A DNA stretch of 64,000 bases from Vicugna vicugna. Taxonomy: Eukaryota. Both the position numbers and the translations under genes were made by a program. This document shows positions 36,231 to 50,579 of the stretch, one piece after another. Where the stretch lies: assembly GCA_013265495.1 (NCBI GenBank), contig MU058824.1:5467515-5531514 (forward strand), in the 5' to 3' direction. Positions within the stretch are counted from its first letter, which is position 1, and the number at the start of each line of letters is the position of its first letter. A model generated the notes under the pieces. The model searched no databases. It had not been told where the DNA came from and saw only the letters and a list, made by a program, of their open reading frames with translations.

Positions 36231-39200
36231 CCACAGTCAAAATTAAACCCATACTGTCTTCTACTTCTGATACCGAATCAAAGTACTGCTTATTTCATTC
36301 AGCCATCTCACTTTTTATTTGCATGCCTGTCTTCCTTATCAGGCCACTGGCTCCTGGAAGGCGGGGGCTCCATCTTTCTCACGTCTGGAAATCAGTCCAC
36401 AGTGAGCAGTGACTGCATTTAGTTGATTAGGAGTGGGCTTGCTTGTGGGGTGAAATGCAGTCACTTGGTGGTTAACTGTATAATCTGGAAATAATCTAGA
36501 CTACTTGCTTTTCTTTTTCTCTTCCACTACTTTGCTGTGGATGAAAGATTGGAGGAGGAGATTTGAAGTGAATCACTTGTATTTATCATGAACAATTCTG
36601 ATGAAAGCATAAACTGAGAAGGCTGAAACTTTTCAAGGATAACCATGTTTTGGACTCTGTATAGAAGATGAAGGGCTTGCTCTTCTATTGACAATGATTT
36701 TCAAGTACTAGCTCTCCTGTGGGAACTCTGTGATCACATTTGCTTTGTGAGGGGGAAATGTGGCTTAGCCTGAATTGGTGGAAATGAAGAGTGGGTATGG
36801 AACTCTTCTTGGAGAGGTCTTCCTTTTACCAGCCACTACCCAGTTTCCAGAGAAGACCTTCAGTACAGTGGCTATGGGCAGACAGTGGGATGAAGGGGCT
36901 GCTTGTCTCTAGGGCCGGGGCCACTCAGCTTTGGCTAGGAATGTTGCTTTCCTTTTCATTTCTCTTGCTGACTTAGCAGGCCTGTGCTCCTTCTCAGTAA
37001 GATCGGTGCCTTGTTTTGTCCTAAAGTCAGCCCCTTTCCTAGCCGATTCTCAGTAGTTTCCTTCCTTCTAGCTCAGTACTGTGCAGGAAGGTTAACATTT
37101 AACTGTTTGGTTGCCGGCACTGTGTGAGTTAGGGAGCAGCTGTTTGCCCCTAGAGCCCCTGGACACGAAAGCTATCCCATGGGCTTTCTTTATTACTAGA
37201 TCAGCGCTGTCATCAATGCAAATCTACTCCCCCACATGAGAGCAGCATTAATTTTATGTTGTTTACGTACTCTTGCCATAAGGTTAAGCAATTCCTACTA
37301 TTAAGCTTGATGAAATTGCATTACCTTAATGAAATGCACTTTACTGATAAAGAAGAATGTCACTTTCACAAGTGGAAGCACTGTTAGCAAATTTTTACGA
37401 GAGAATTCCCAAAATCATATCTTAATTGCTTGGACAGCTGTATAGTTTACATAACGAGCAAACAATGCCAAGGTTTTTTATTTCCTTTGTCAGCTGTACT
37501 GGATGTTAGTATGCATGGTGGACCTTTTTTGGGCCTTTTATTACTTGATTGCAAATCATTCTTCATTGTTGCCCAAATTTATGGAAGGACATTGCTCCCT
37601 GAGGTGCCATTTCCTTTCAGGTCTGTAACTGAACATGACTGATGGCGCCAGAGTAACAGTTGCTTATTACTGCGTTCACTGAGCTGTGATTGCTCCAATA
37701 CTTTATGTTGGCAGATGTGTTTCCCTGGGAACAGCATCTCCGAGACAGAGGTCATTGATCAAACCCCCTCTGGCTGTTCCATTATGTGCAAATTATTGCT
37801 AAAAGCAGAGAGGCTGCAAGGGAGGTGGTGTGTACTCCTTGCAGATATAGCAGAGGGAAGTCCAAAAAAAAAGGCAGGTGTAATGAGGCAGGAAAAAAAT
37901 TCCACCTAAACTAGAACAATGTTTTTATAATGTGAATTAATGGGAAAAGGGGGGAATTAAGTGACTTTGGGAGACACACAATGGGAGAAGAATCAGATTT
38001 TTATTGTTCTGGGATAATTCTAAAATCGGACTTGCTGACAGCATCCTTGGCGGCTGTCCGAGGCTAGAACGGGGCATGTGTGTGGGCTGTACCCAGAGCG
38101 CTGTTGTCCTAATAGGGTCAGGATTAAGGTGGTTAAGTGGCCAATACACGGCACTCTCTTATATTCATTTCTGGCCAAATATTTAGGAAATGCTGGAGAC
38201 ATACAGGGGACATATGCTGAGATCTCCCCTGTCCCCCAGCTTCTCAGGGCAGGGATGGAAGTGATAATGGATTGACTGACAAATGGGAAGCCCTTGAATC
38301 TAGACTGTCCTTTGCTCAGGCTTGAAAGAGTGAGACTTCTTAGTTTTCTGCTCAGTTGCAGCAGCTGCCCTTCTCAGCAGATTTCCATTCCGGGAAAGAT
38401 GGATGCTCCCCCACGTGGGGGTCTGTCTTTTGCTAAATTCAGTGAGACTATGGGATGGCTCAGGTAGAGCATGTGGCCTGGACACTCAGCAAGACTCCAC
38501 TGGTTCTGGGCCTTCCCTACCACAGATGCCTCCCCCACACCCCCATTTCTCACACTGACTTGCTTTTTGGTTGGTTTTGGCAAGACTCATTTTTTATTAT
38601 TGCTATTCAGTTTTCCTTACCTGTAAAATCTTTCCTTATATTGAACCGGATATTTCCCAGGGCTTAAGACACTCCCTTGGCACATATCAGAGACTTCAGA
38701 AATAGTGTGTGCTAATTCATGTAGCCTTCACGGGGTTGCTAGGGCCTTCCTAAATATTGTATTTACCCCCAAGGTAACTTGATGCCATAACCTCCAAGGA
38801 AAGATGAAGGTGGGTATAGAAGCTCCTTTACACGCAAACACAATGTGTGCCAGTAGGCTAAGCAAGGCTTTATGTTTGTAATTCCAGAGTGACCACTAAT
38901 GTTCTCTGTAGGTGGCAGGCAGATTTGACACCCTTCTTTCCTGGTGGTAGTTGTAGTCAGGGTGATGAAAGTACCTGTTAAAGAATGCATTTCAAAAAGA
39001 GGTAAGTACATCTCTCATATAGATATAAAATGTATGACTCTCAAAGACATTGTTTAACTCATTAATTAATTGAGGAAACTAGTAAGATGTTAAGTCCAAT
39101 TTAAAGGGGAATCCAATGAACAGATGCATTTATGGATTAGAAATATTGGAAATGAATTTGCAAATGGATTCAAAACTGGCTTGAGGGGACTCAAGTTATG

Positions 39201-39619
39201 GGAAGTTATGGACAAGAATTCTTTGCAGTGCTATGCGTTTGTAAAAGTTAAGCTTAATCTACAGAATTGTGAAGAGCTTAATTTAGGCTAAGTCATAGCT
39301 GTAATAATAAATATCATTTATGTAGTGCTGATGTTGTGTTAGAGTTTTTTTTTTAAACCCAATCGTTCTAATGCTATTTAAGAACAAAGAGTATTGGCTT
39401 CTTGAAAAATATGTTTGTCTTCCTCCTTCATCCAAATCCACTCACAGAACAGCAGGAGATTAAGGATAAAATAGTTTACTAGAATAGACAGACATTTAAG
39501 TAGGTAATTTAAAATGATAAAGGAAACATTAGTACAAAGGGCATATAAAGGAGGAGGAAAAGACATTTTTCAGTTTTAACCTATCAGTATTTTTCTTTCA
39601 GCTTCAAATGATTAGAACA

Positions 39620-41560
39620 TGAGGACAAGTAGAATATATGACTTGAAAACAGGCTGGGGCCATATTGTAGAAGTCCTTGAACACCAGAAAGGAAGGTATG
39701 TGGTTGACAGTGGGATCCCATTGACCCATTTTGAGTAGGAGAAACTGTATTGTTAGAGCCATGCTTTTAAAAAGATGAGTCCAACAGCAGTATCTGGGAT
39801 GATTCAGAGAAAGAAGAGATAAGAGGGGAGGCAGTTGAGCTAGTCTAATAGCCACAATGTGTGGTCCCAAGAGTTTGAACTGAAATATAAAGTGAGTCAT
39901 TACAAGTGTGACTTCAGATAGAGACATAAAATTTGGAAGATACTGGCTGTTAGACAAAGCCTGGATGTGGAAGCAAAAGGTGAGGGATGTATGGCTTGGT
40001 AACTACTTGGAGGTTTAGTTCTGTGTGACTTAAAGGATAGTAAAGAGTATTAAAAACTAGAACATTCTGGGGTAAGGGGAAAGAAGATGTGTTCACTTTT
40101 GCAACTACTGATTTTGAGATCTAAATGGGATATTCAAATGAAGATGTCTGGGAGGCTATTGAAAATGTTAAGAGTGAGGCAATCACTGAAGCAAAGTATG
40201 TAAAGAAAGAAAATCCCTGGGCCGAGGACAGTTTTGAAGTTGCCTACACTTGGGGAGCAGGGTGAGAAAGTAGAGCTAAAAATGGGGCCGAGATTCATCA
40301 GAGGGGTAGGAGGAGGGCCAGATTCCGGGGAGGCAAGGGAGAAGTTTCCATGAGGCCAGGGTTAGCAGTGTCAAGTGTTACAAAAGGCGGGGAGGTTGGC
40401 ACTGAGACATGGTCACTGAGAAGGGAAAGCTGGTCCTAGATGGTAAGAGTTAAGAAGTGAGTGGGAAGCCAGTGAGGGGAATGGAATTAGAATACTTGTT
40501 CAATAAATTGTTACTGAAAAGAGAGGGTAAAAAGGAAGAGGAGAGAGACGTGGAATGATAATCTGACTCTGGTCAGAGTGGAAGAAGTGTTTTAGGATGT
40601 TGGAAGATGGAGCGTGATGCTTTCCTTAGTTGAATGAGCTCGGAGAGAGAGAGAATGAAAATGCAAAATGGAGAGGGAAAAATTCTGGGGCAAAGAGATG
40701 GAATCAAGGAGCAAAATAGAGAAATATTTTGAGATCAGGTAGAGGGAAGTTGAAAGTTGAAAAATCTTCTGTCCTATGAATCGGTTGGGTGAAATTGAAG
40801 GATCCTGGATGGGTTTGGGTGTGGAGGTTTAGAACAAAGGAGTTTTGATATCATGCTCAAGAAATGGGAGAAAGATCCAGCAGGGGACAAAAGGATCCCC
40901 AAGCAGCATTGGGAACTCATGTCAGGTTAGTAAAGCTCATTTGCAGAGGTGTGTTTCACAAAGGGCTTGGTGGTGGGTGATTGGGGCTATATTAGGAGGG
41001 AAAGCAAAAGATTGGAGTGTCAGTGAAGGTAGGATGGAAGAATATCAGTGATTGTGACTGTGATGAAATGACTTGCCATTGGGTCCAGGCCAGTTAGAGT
41101 GTCAGGTGAGTCCAGAAGAGGGTCCTTGCATGCCTGTGATCATAATGATCATGAAAAACAGTCATTGAAAGTGTGGAAATTAGAAAAAATGGAAGGAGAT
41201 GAGCTATCATCTGGGGAAAGAAATGACTGAAAGTGGAGACCTTGGAGGGGAGCAGTGTCCGGAGGTTACGGTGAGTGAGATCTGGCTACGGGGCAGGCGA
41301 TTTGCTCAAGTGGAGTGGGCCCGTGCATGGGGCTGAGATGAGGGAGAGCCATCATCACGTCCAGGGCAAAGGCTAAGGTCTGAGGCTGGTGCTTGACTTG
41401 GGTGTTTGAAAAGAGAGAAGTTGGCTAATTGGAGGGGAGATCTCCAAAGGATGAGAGGTGGTTGTGTGATGGTAAAGGGCTTGGAAGTGGTTCTACCTGT
41501 CATGTTTATGAGAAAAGTATGGGGGCACAGTTGAAAAGGGTTTTGGAGGCCAAGGACAAT
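39620..41560 (-). mobile_element. Long degraded L2 LINE body
   Basis: A purine-rich tract with L2-like motifs ('gccatattgtagaagtccttgaacacca', 'gcttttaaaaagat', 'gatgtgttcacttttg...tttgagat...gatattcaaatgaagatgtc', 'gttagcagtgtcaagtg'). Confidence 0.6.
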
Positions 41561-44211
41561 TCTTCAGAAGAATCTCCCAGAGATTTTTAAAAAATACAAG
41601 TGGACCAATGCAAATTAAAACAGTTAAAGGTATAAAGAATGTATTCCTATTTTAAAGTTAAGGATGGATTTGATTTAAAATTATCAGACAGGACAATAGG
41701 GTGTTTTCATAGAGTGTGTGTTTTTATGAGTGTGTACTTGGCTGTGCATCTGCACATGTTTAAAGCCAAGATACAGATGCAGGAGGTGGGCAAGTTATAG
41801 TGGTAACATTCTGTTACGAGACCACGACCAGATATTTTCCCCTCATTTTCTTGCTAGTCTTGGGCCATTTCACTGCTAATCTACACATCCATCAAACAAA
41901 CAGGAAGGGGAAATGGAGAGTTGAATTACAAATCTGTCAATTTTGTTATTCTTGGCAGTTCAGGTTGAAGTTTTGGTGGAGGCAGAGTTTGAAACAAATG
42001 ACAAAAATTAGATTTCCTGATTGTGGGAACATTCTTATGGGTAATGAGTTCGCTACTTGAAATGCTACACAGAGGTCAGATTTATGGCTTCTTTGAGTGT
42101 TCTAGGGACTGGAAATATGTTTTTATTTCATGTAGTCTAGTCACCAAACTCGCTTTTCCTTAAGATTTTTATGCTTGTGATGATCTCGGGTGGAAAGCAA
42201 CAACAAAAAGCCATAGGGCACCTGGGGAAGTACAGTGTAGACGGTATGAATTTCACAGGCCACAGACTCAGGGGTGCGCAAATAAAACTCGGCTTCTGTT
42301 TCACACCTCTTTTGCACTTGAAAGCAGAAAACTTAACACCCTGATTCCAGATAAACTCAGTCAACTTTGTTTCCCAGACTTTAAAAGATAAAATCATCAA
42401 AACCAGTGTTCTCGCTTCTGCTCCTTCTCCCTGTCATAGCAGCTAGGTTCCCAGGGGCTTTGGGGCTTCATGGTGTTGGGGAAAGGGCTCTTGGTCCATG
42501 ATTGTCCTCTGTCCCCTGCTGGGACCCACAGAGATGTGTCTCACCTCAGTCACTTGCTCATTGTCCTCTATCACTGACTGGTATTCACCGTGATTACCCA
42601 TCGGCCAGGGCCTCTGGCTAACATATCAGGCCATCTGTTTCCTTTCTGAACCTCTCATGAGGTCTTGCTGGTCTACAAGCCACCTCTCAGCCAGGTATGA
42701 GCCCCTCTTGTGGGGTCCTAGAGATTTTCTTTTTTCCTTTGCTTTTTAAAAATATAATGAACATATATAATGAACAATTTAATATATCAACCTATAACCA
42801 GAGAGAGGAAATTCAGAGCACTCTATGAATTTCCTTAAACAAGACCAACAATTGAGACATGATAGTAATTATTTAGAGTAATGCCTCCTAAGGCTCGGTG
42901 TTGGTGAAGACAGTCTAGTGTGTGTTGTAAAAATAATCAAGTGTTAGAGCAACACTTCCTGTTGTTTCAATTAATTCTTCTCCAAGAAATGTTGTGAGAC
43001 TTTGGATTTTTGTGAATATAATGGGTTTTCAAATTACAGACGTAAGAGGTAACCAGTTTTCACATTTGTAAAAAGAATTTTGTATTTCATTTTACACCTA
43101 TCAACCACTTAGTGCGATACTAAAAAACGCTTTTTTATCTGATGGAAAAAGTAATCAAGTTCCATGCAAAAAAATACACATTTAATCCCAACATTCAGAG
43201 ATGAACCCTGATTTTGGTGCACACCTTTTCTTTCAAGGCATGCCGTTATATAGGCACATGTACGTATTTCCCAAAAGACATCACCTTTTACATCTGTGCT
43301 GCAGAATTTAGATGGAGAAGATGGGGAAGTTATCTAGCTTGGAGGCTGCAATATCTACTGCCATGATGCTAACACACCTGATGTGTCAGAGAACTTAGTG
43401 GGCTGGTGGTCCACAAGAAGCATTTTCCATGAATTAGTCTGCATGGAGAAAGAAGGAGAAAAATGAGGTCCTAGAGATTTTCTGATGTTCTGTTCAGACT
43501 ACTTGGGTTGTCTAAGTCTTTAAAGATTGCCTTTCCTGCCTGCTTGGATCTCTTACTCAGCCTTTGACAGTCTACAGCTCTAACACCATAATGGGTACAG
43601 GGTTTCTCTCTAAGGCCTGTAGCTCCCCTTCAGCTCTGCCCTGAGATATGGGGCAAAGTACCCTCTGACCTGGTATCTCCCCAAACACATATAAGGTCTT
43701 CACAAACCTTAAACTAACTTCACCCAGAATCTTGACTTTGCAGGTCTAACATATCCTTTCTCAAAGACACCAGTACACCCTCTTTCCCCTACTTCTCCTC
43801 CCCCGTTGTATCAACTCCATTTCCTTCTGTTAGAGAACTTGCTTTTACACCATCAAGTCTTCTTCCCAAATCTATTATTTATACTGTTAAATTCTGTGTA
43901 CTACAGTCATGTTAAAATCAAGGATTTGGGGATTCAGATAATCTTTTCTTTCTTACAGTGCCTTGCAAGGGCAGACCACATGTCCATTGATTTCAATACT
44001 TAATTTATTTTCTTTATTATGGATCTTAAAATTATTTCAGAAGTGAAGTGGAATTTTTTTGTTGTTGTTATTTATAGGTTCTTTCGATAGGGAACTGGCA
44101 TTTAAAAGGTGAGCCATGAATAAGGCAAGAACTTAAACTTTGCCTCCCTCTTGGTCATAGGCTTTAAAGTCTACATGCAATTATTATTCCAGCTTTAAGG
44201 TCCTCTTTGAC

Positions 44212-44341
44212 TAGGGTGACCATAAAATTTAATCTTTCAAACCAGGACAACTCTGAGAGTTAAAGGAAGCTAATAATTATGCCAAGAAAATAGACCCACA
44301 ACAGGACTATCCCAAGAAAACTGGGGTGTGGGATCCACCTA
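44212..44341 (+). mobile_element. MER81-like (hAT-Blackjack) MITE
   Basis: Starts 'tagggtgaccata', contains 'caaaccaggacaactctgagagt...taataattatgcc...acaggactatccc', and ends 'cacctA'. Confidence 0.65.
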
Positions 44342-45212
44342 CCTTTGATTTGTGGGGACAAACTAGGATTTAGTCAAAGATGCCTTGGTCTGCAGGGCAT
44401 CATAAGCTGAAGATAACAGAATAGGTTCAGGTAACTAAATCTCACAAATAGGTTATCTTTTTGTATCTTCTTTTTCCTGCAGAAACTTTAGCAAAGCTGG
44501 GTTTAGAGATTTAAGCCTTAGCCTTAGCTATTTTTGGGGGGTGTGTACATGTGTGTGTAACATGGCATAAATTTCAACTGTGAAGAGTGCCTCCTAGGTG
44601 ACAGGAAATTAGCAAGAGAAAAGAACATGTTGAAAGATAAGAGGGATGATATCCTCCCTCCATTACCAACCAGAAAGGACTTCGACTTGACTGGATTAAG
44701 GAAGCATGTCTTACCGTTTAGCTTCTGAGCAATGATTATTTCCTCAGGCTTCCTTTGATCTCAGAAAGCAATGCTCTAGTGAGATGGCTGGAGTCAAGGT
44801 AGGGCTGAGAAAACTAGTATGATTTTATGTTATTTAACATATAGATGTAACATAATGTTCGGTGTGCTTAGTGTCAACATTTTAAAAAATTAATTGCCAA
44901 AATATAAACATTAACGTATTTAACATAAATGAATAGATTTCTTTTTTTTTTTTTTTTTGGAAAAACCAGGAAATCTGGCAACTCTGGGTCAGCAACTCCA
45001 AGAAGCAAATACTGGCTGGAGCCATATTTCATTGATTTATGTTGGCTATTGTCTATTGCAGACTTTCAATTTTGTGATCCCTATATTTTTACCATGCTGT
45101 ATGTTGAAAATTTCCAAAATAGACAGGACTAAATATGGCAGATATATCAGGGTTAATGGTTTTCTGAGAAATCCCAGCTGTCATTATTCAGATCAGGTTA
45201 TTGAACTATTTT

Positions 45213-46090
45213 AATTATTTTGAGGTAAAAGCAACATATAGTGAAATGCACAGATATTAATTGCAGGGTGCAGTGATTTCCCAAATGCATATTTCCTTCT
45301 ATTGAATATGCTAATCAAGATCTTGAACCTTTTCATTACCCTAGAAAAGTCCCTTTTATCCTCCAGTCAATACTCGCTCCTTCCACCCGTAGGTAACTGT
45401 TGAAAGTTCTATTGCCATACTTTAACTTTGCTTATTTTAGGACTTTACATAAATAGAATCATACAGTATGAACTTCTGTGTTCAACTTCTTTCTTTTAGT
45501 GTAATGTTTTTCAGATTCAAGCATGTTGTCCAAAGAAGCAATTGTTTACTCTTTCACACTGCTGAGTAGTTTTCCATTGTATAATTATATCGTCATTTGC
45601 ATTGAGGTTGTTTCCAGTTTTTGACTATTTAGAATGAAGCGGGTGGAATATTCTTGTGCATGTCTTTTTGTGAATGGATGTATTCACATCACTAAGGTAA
45701 TCACTTGAGAGTGAAATGTTTCAATGACAGGTTGGTTATAAGTATAATTTTATCAGAAACTGCCACCATTTCTAGAGCAACTGTGCAGTTTTATACTCTT
45801 GCCAGCAGGGGATGAAAATTCCAGTTATTCCACATCCTTGGCAACAATTAATATTGCCAATCTTTTAAATTTTATCTATTCTAGTGGATATGACTGGATC
45901 TTACAGTTTTAATTTACATTTCCCTGATAACTAATGATACTGAGCATTTTTCATGTACTTCTTGGCTCTTCTACATCTTCCTTGGGGAGTGTATAAGTCT
46001 TTTGTCCATTTTTATTGTATTTAACAACTTTTTTGAGTTGTATAATTTTTTATATATTCTGCATACAAATCCTTTGCCATATATAATCGT
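45213..46090 (-). mobile_element. Old L1 (L1MB/MC-like) 3' region
   Basis: 'aaatagaatcatacagtatg...tgctgagtagttttccattgtata...gaggttgtttccagtttttgacta...ccagttattccacatccttggcaaca...catttccctgataactaatgatactgagcatttttcatg'. Confidence 0.8.
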
Positions 46091-47174
46091 GTGTATATAT
46101 ACACTGACTCATAGTACTAACCATCTAATTCTACATGGTTCTGTCTTAGACATTGTAAAAGAACCATACGTAGAGGCAGATTGTAAATAATGTCAGTCTT
46201 AAAGTACATAAAGTGACAGCAACATTGCTACAAGTTGTCTAGACTTGAAAAAATGGGCACAACACCTTCTGCTGTGATGGGCGTAAAGCTTGGAATCTGT
46301 GTCTGTAATAACAAGATAAGTCACAGGAAAGGCTTACACCTTTGTGTCTCTGCGTGTGTTTGTATGCTTGTCAGAGAGGCGGCTTCTAAGGTTTTGCCAC
46401 TAAATAAAACGAACAAGTTCAATTACGCAGGCCGTGACTGTACCTGTTCCCGGGGGCAGGCTGCTCTCCTTCGAGAGCCTTCGATCACCTTCCTGCCGCA
46501 CACGAATGCAATTCACCAGAAGTGGTGTCAGCAGGACTCTTCACCCTGTGCCAGATAATTGTCTCTCCTTGTAATGTTAAAAGATCATCTCCTTCTGTGG
46601 TTCTTGGGAGGGAGAAGCTGGCCTGAGGAAGCAGGCTGCAAGTTCTGCTTTGGTGAGCGAGGAAAAGCAGGAATGGGGCTGGTTTTGGTGCGTAATTGAA
46701 GAGCAAGTCCCGGAGTCTGGCAGCCCGTGTCTACGAAGTGAATTCAGACTGCCGCTCAATCCGTTAGTGCCATGGTCTTGCTCAAAAACTTCAGTGGTTC
46801 CAGATGTCCTAGGACATGGAGTTCATAGTCCTTCAACGTTAAGTACGGGCTGACGTCATTAGCCTCATTAACCACAGATCCAACCTCCAGACTAGATGCC
46901 ACGGATATCAGTGATGCCTACCAAGTATTTCCACCTCTCCTCTTTCTGAACACATGGGAATTAAGTGTGATTGTGTGACTTGCTTTGGTGAGTTAAACAT
47001 GAGAGGAAGCGGCATCTATCACTTTTGGCAGAAATGTATGTGATTCATCAGGTCCCCTTTCCAACGGCATGTTAACTGTGGCATTCCAGTTGTGGCACTG
47101 CAGTGCGGGACACGGTGTTTCCCAGCTCTCCTAGGGGAGTGCTGAAAGTGTGCATACGATGGTGGGTAGAAAGA

Positions 47175-47300
47175 TCAGGGGCTGAGAGTCAAGTCAGGCA
47201 GCTCTCGAGTAAAATCTGCACTCCATTACTCCTGTCTGCTGCCTTGTCTCTTTGGTTATTGAGTTCCACATCTGTAAAATGGGATGATTATATTTACTTT
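47175..47300 (+). mobile_element. MIR fragment (interrupted by MLT1A)
   Basis: 'aaatctgcactccattactcc...gagttccacatctgtaaaatgggatgattatattta'. Confidence 0.55.
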
Positions 47301-47301
47301 G

Positions 47302-47661
47302 TGTCTTAGTCTGTTTGGGCTGCTATAACAAAAATACCATAGACTGGGTGGCTTGAGAAAGAGACATTTATTTCTCACAGTTCTGGAGGCTGGGAAGTCC
47401 AAGATCACAGTGCCGGGAGATTCAGTGTCCGTTACGGAGAGGTGGCTTCCTGGTTTATAGACAACCGTCTTCTTGCTGTGTCCTCACATAGCAGAAAAGA
47501 GCAAGGGAGCTCTCTGGGGTCTCTGTTGCAAAGGCATTAATCCCGTTTGTGGTGGCTCCATTGTCATGATCTAATCACCCCAAGGACCCCGTCTCCTAAT
47601 ACCATCACATTGTAGGGTAAGATACCAACATCTGAATTTGGGGGGACATTCAGTCTGTACA
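47302..47661 (-). mobile_element. MaLR solo LTR (MLT1A-like)
   Basis: 'tgtcttagtctgtttgggctgctataacaaaaataccatagactgggtggctt...tttatttctcacagttctggaggctgggaagtccaagatc...cattcagtctgtaca', with 5-bp TSD ctttg / ccttg. Confidence 0.85.
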
Positions 47662-49756
47662 CCTTGAAAGCACTAGAAACAGTGTTGAGGAACTCTGATG
47701 TGGTACGTTTGTATTACACATCTGCTTTGTCAAGCAAACCAGTCGAACAGATTACTTTAAGTTGAATTTTTAAAAGGAATGATAGGCGAGGCAGGCTGAG
47801 AAAATCTGCATTTCTGATTTTTGGCTAGGTTTTTTAGTCATGATAAGAATACTTACCAAGTGTATTTTCATTTTTGAAAAGCTGTTTTTGTGAGGAGAAT
47901 CCAAGATAGCGTTTTATTTATCAAAAACAAAAGAAAAGTAAACAGTCTTTTATTTCCTAACAAATCATATTTGAGGCCAATAGGATGGTAACCAGATGTA
48001 AACTGGGTGTTAGCAGGACATAGTGACTGATGCCTAGGTCATGTACACTTACTAAATTGTCCCCTGGTGACTGGACTTAAAACACCTCTCCAAATCTCTA
48101 AGTTACATTGGGAGAGACACATTTTGACTTAGAGCATTTACAACTGACTTATCTTCAGCAGTTTTAATAATAAAGACAGTTCTTTTTGTAGATTTTGCCT
48201 AAGAATCATGAGTTCTTCAGTGGAATTTAATCACTAAGAAAAAATTCGGTTGTTTTTGAAGTGAAGCAAACGTTTTATTTTTCTAATGTCACTAAGCAGA
48301 AAGAGATATTAAGAATTACAGTGAATTTTTAGACATTTCCAATGTAAAATATAATTATTTTATTATCAACATTAATTATCATGCTGCTCAATGACTTGAC
48401 TCTCTTTTAGTATTTACAGATTTCAGACTGTCAGGGAAATTACATATAATTTGTTTCCCAAATTAAATTATTAGGTAGTGGCATGGCTTGTGCTCTCAAA
48501 ATTTTACTTGGAAAAGCATTTAATAATTAAAATGCCTATTATAGGGAAGAGGGAAAACATCTCCCCACACTTCCAAATTATGTTTGTTAGAAAAGCCAAG
48601 TTGAAAAAGTTTGAGCCTAACGAGATAAAAGGAAGGGAAGGAGATGTTGTGGCTGAGGACTCTTTCAGAAGTCTGGCTTAGTATAAATCATTTATTTTTA
48701 GTATATAATTTAACCCTTAAAGTATAGAATATTATATCCTGAAGTCTGATGTAGTTACAAATGTGTCCTAATATTTACAAAAACTGCTGGCCTTTCAAAG
48801 AGAAGGGTTAATGGTGATCATCTACCCAGTTCAGTTGGAGAATTGGAGGCCCGCACAGAAAATTGTCTTGCTTTGCTTTGGACAGTGGCAGAGGAAAGAT
48901 TAACTACCAGGTCTGTTATATATATTCCTGGCTTGGGGCTCTCTCAGCTGCACCAAGCCCAGGCATACCCTGAGCTGTCACGTTTCTGTAGGGCCAAAGC
49001 TATAGAAATGAATAAAGCAGGGCTCTGTTCAGGCATCAGCTGAGTGACTGGTTTGCATAATCTATGCAACCTCTTCTGACTACAGATGGCATAATTTCTA
49101 GTGGAAGCTTTGTAGGATGAACACTCCATAGACTGGGCAATCTCCATCTTCTCCAGGGAACCAAACAAAAGCAAGCAACAGAGAGATGTAAAAATTAAAA
49201 CCCAAACTCCATTGTCTGAGAACCTAGACAAGAGAATGAGAAATAATTTGTAAAAGGTGTCAATATCAGTTTAGTTTCATTCAAGAGACATTGGGCATGA
49301 TCTGGAGAAGCAGAGGAGAGAGATGTTAGAGACAGAGATGGAGATGGGAGAGAGACCACACCCTGGAGAAGCAATTAGGTTCAGAGAAGCAGAAGATACT
49401 CTGTTACAAGCAAAACCCTACAGACCAGTTATTTGCAAAAAGCTGTGTTGCTTTGTGGCAGCTGAAGAGAAAGCCTTCTGCTATGTGAAATGCAAGTGTG
49501 TGGCTCCTCCCCATGGACAGAAATTCCTTGAAAATAGTTGGTCCATAAAATCCCAACTCATTTAACAATGAGCAGCAAAAAAAGAACTTGCACAGCACCT
49601 GTAAAAAGATATTATAAAAAATAGAAATTAGCAGTAATATTTATTGGCAAACAGTATTCACCAGAAAAATGTTACCCTGGGATAGATGAAAACTATGAAT
49701 AAATATTTCAACATGAACGAAAAACCTTATGATCCAGTTGCTTGTTGGAAGTAAAA

Positions 49757-49757
<1 letters not shown>

Positions 49758-49793
<36 letters not shown>
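49758..49793. repeat. (CA)n microsatellite
   Basis: Direct reading. Confidence 0.95.
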
Positions 49794-49795
<2 letters not shown>

Positions 49796-50230
49796 TCAAA
49801 GCAAAAACTCAGGGAAGAAATGATGAGACAATGAGAAGAAATATGTATGAGCTAGTAGAATTCAGGAAATAAGTAGAAGAAACTATCACAGAAGAAAACA
49901 AAATTGAAAGAAGGCTAGTCTGACATGCATTGTAGAAAACACATGAAGATACATAGAAAGGAGAACTGAAAAAAAGGAAATAATTGAAATATGAATTAAA
50001 GAGAATTTTAAAAGGATTAAAAATATGTAGATCAAGAGGATAGGAAAAGGGGACCCAAAACAAAAGCATCACCATTAAGGAAAAAAATGATATAATAACA
50101 AAACCTAAGACGTAATTAAACAAGTCTTGCCTGAAATAAAGGAAACTTGAACCTACATGTTTGTGTCTATTTTTATTACAAAACAGTCAAAAATAACAAG
50201 TCAATAGGATAGATTTGATTTTTTATATGA

Positions 50231-50579
50231 TGCAGTGGACTGAATTGTGCTCCCTCTAAGTTCATATGTTGAAGCCACTAACCCCACAGTGTGACTATAT
50301 TTGGAGATAGCGCCTGTAGGAGGTAATTAAGGTTAAATGAGGTCATAAAGGTGGGGCCCTAAAACAATAGGATTGGCAACTTTTACAAGAAGAAGAGAGA
50401 AGTCTTTCCCTCTTCTGCACTCATAGGAAAGTCCCCTGTAAGCCTTACCAGAAACCAAGCTGTGCCAGAACCTTGATCTTGGACTTTGCAGGCTCCAGAA
50501 CTGTGAGAAAATTAATCTCTGTTGTGTAAGCCACTCAGTCTATGGTATTTTGTTATGGCAGCCTGAGTGGAATAATACA
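50231..50579 (+). mobile_element. MaLR solo LTR (MLT1A-like) nested in the old L1
   Basis: 'tgcagtggactgaattgtg...gtaattaaggttaaatgaggtcataa...accttgatcttggactt...ctccagaactgtgagaaa...agtctatggtattttgttatggcagcc...aataca'. Confidence 0.85.

Noticed and set aside
38950..39230. Segment resembling an ancient interspersed repeat (ttaactcattaattaattgaggaaactagtaagatgtt)
   Set aside because: It looks familiar as an old MER-type repeat, but I cannot assign family or boundaries reliably.
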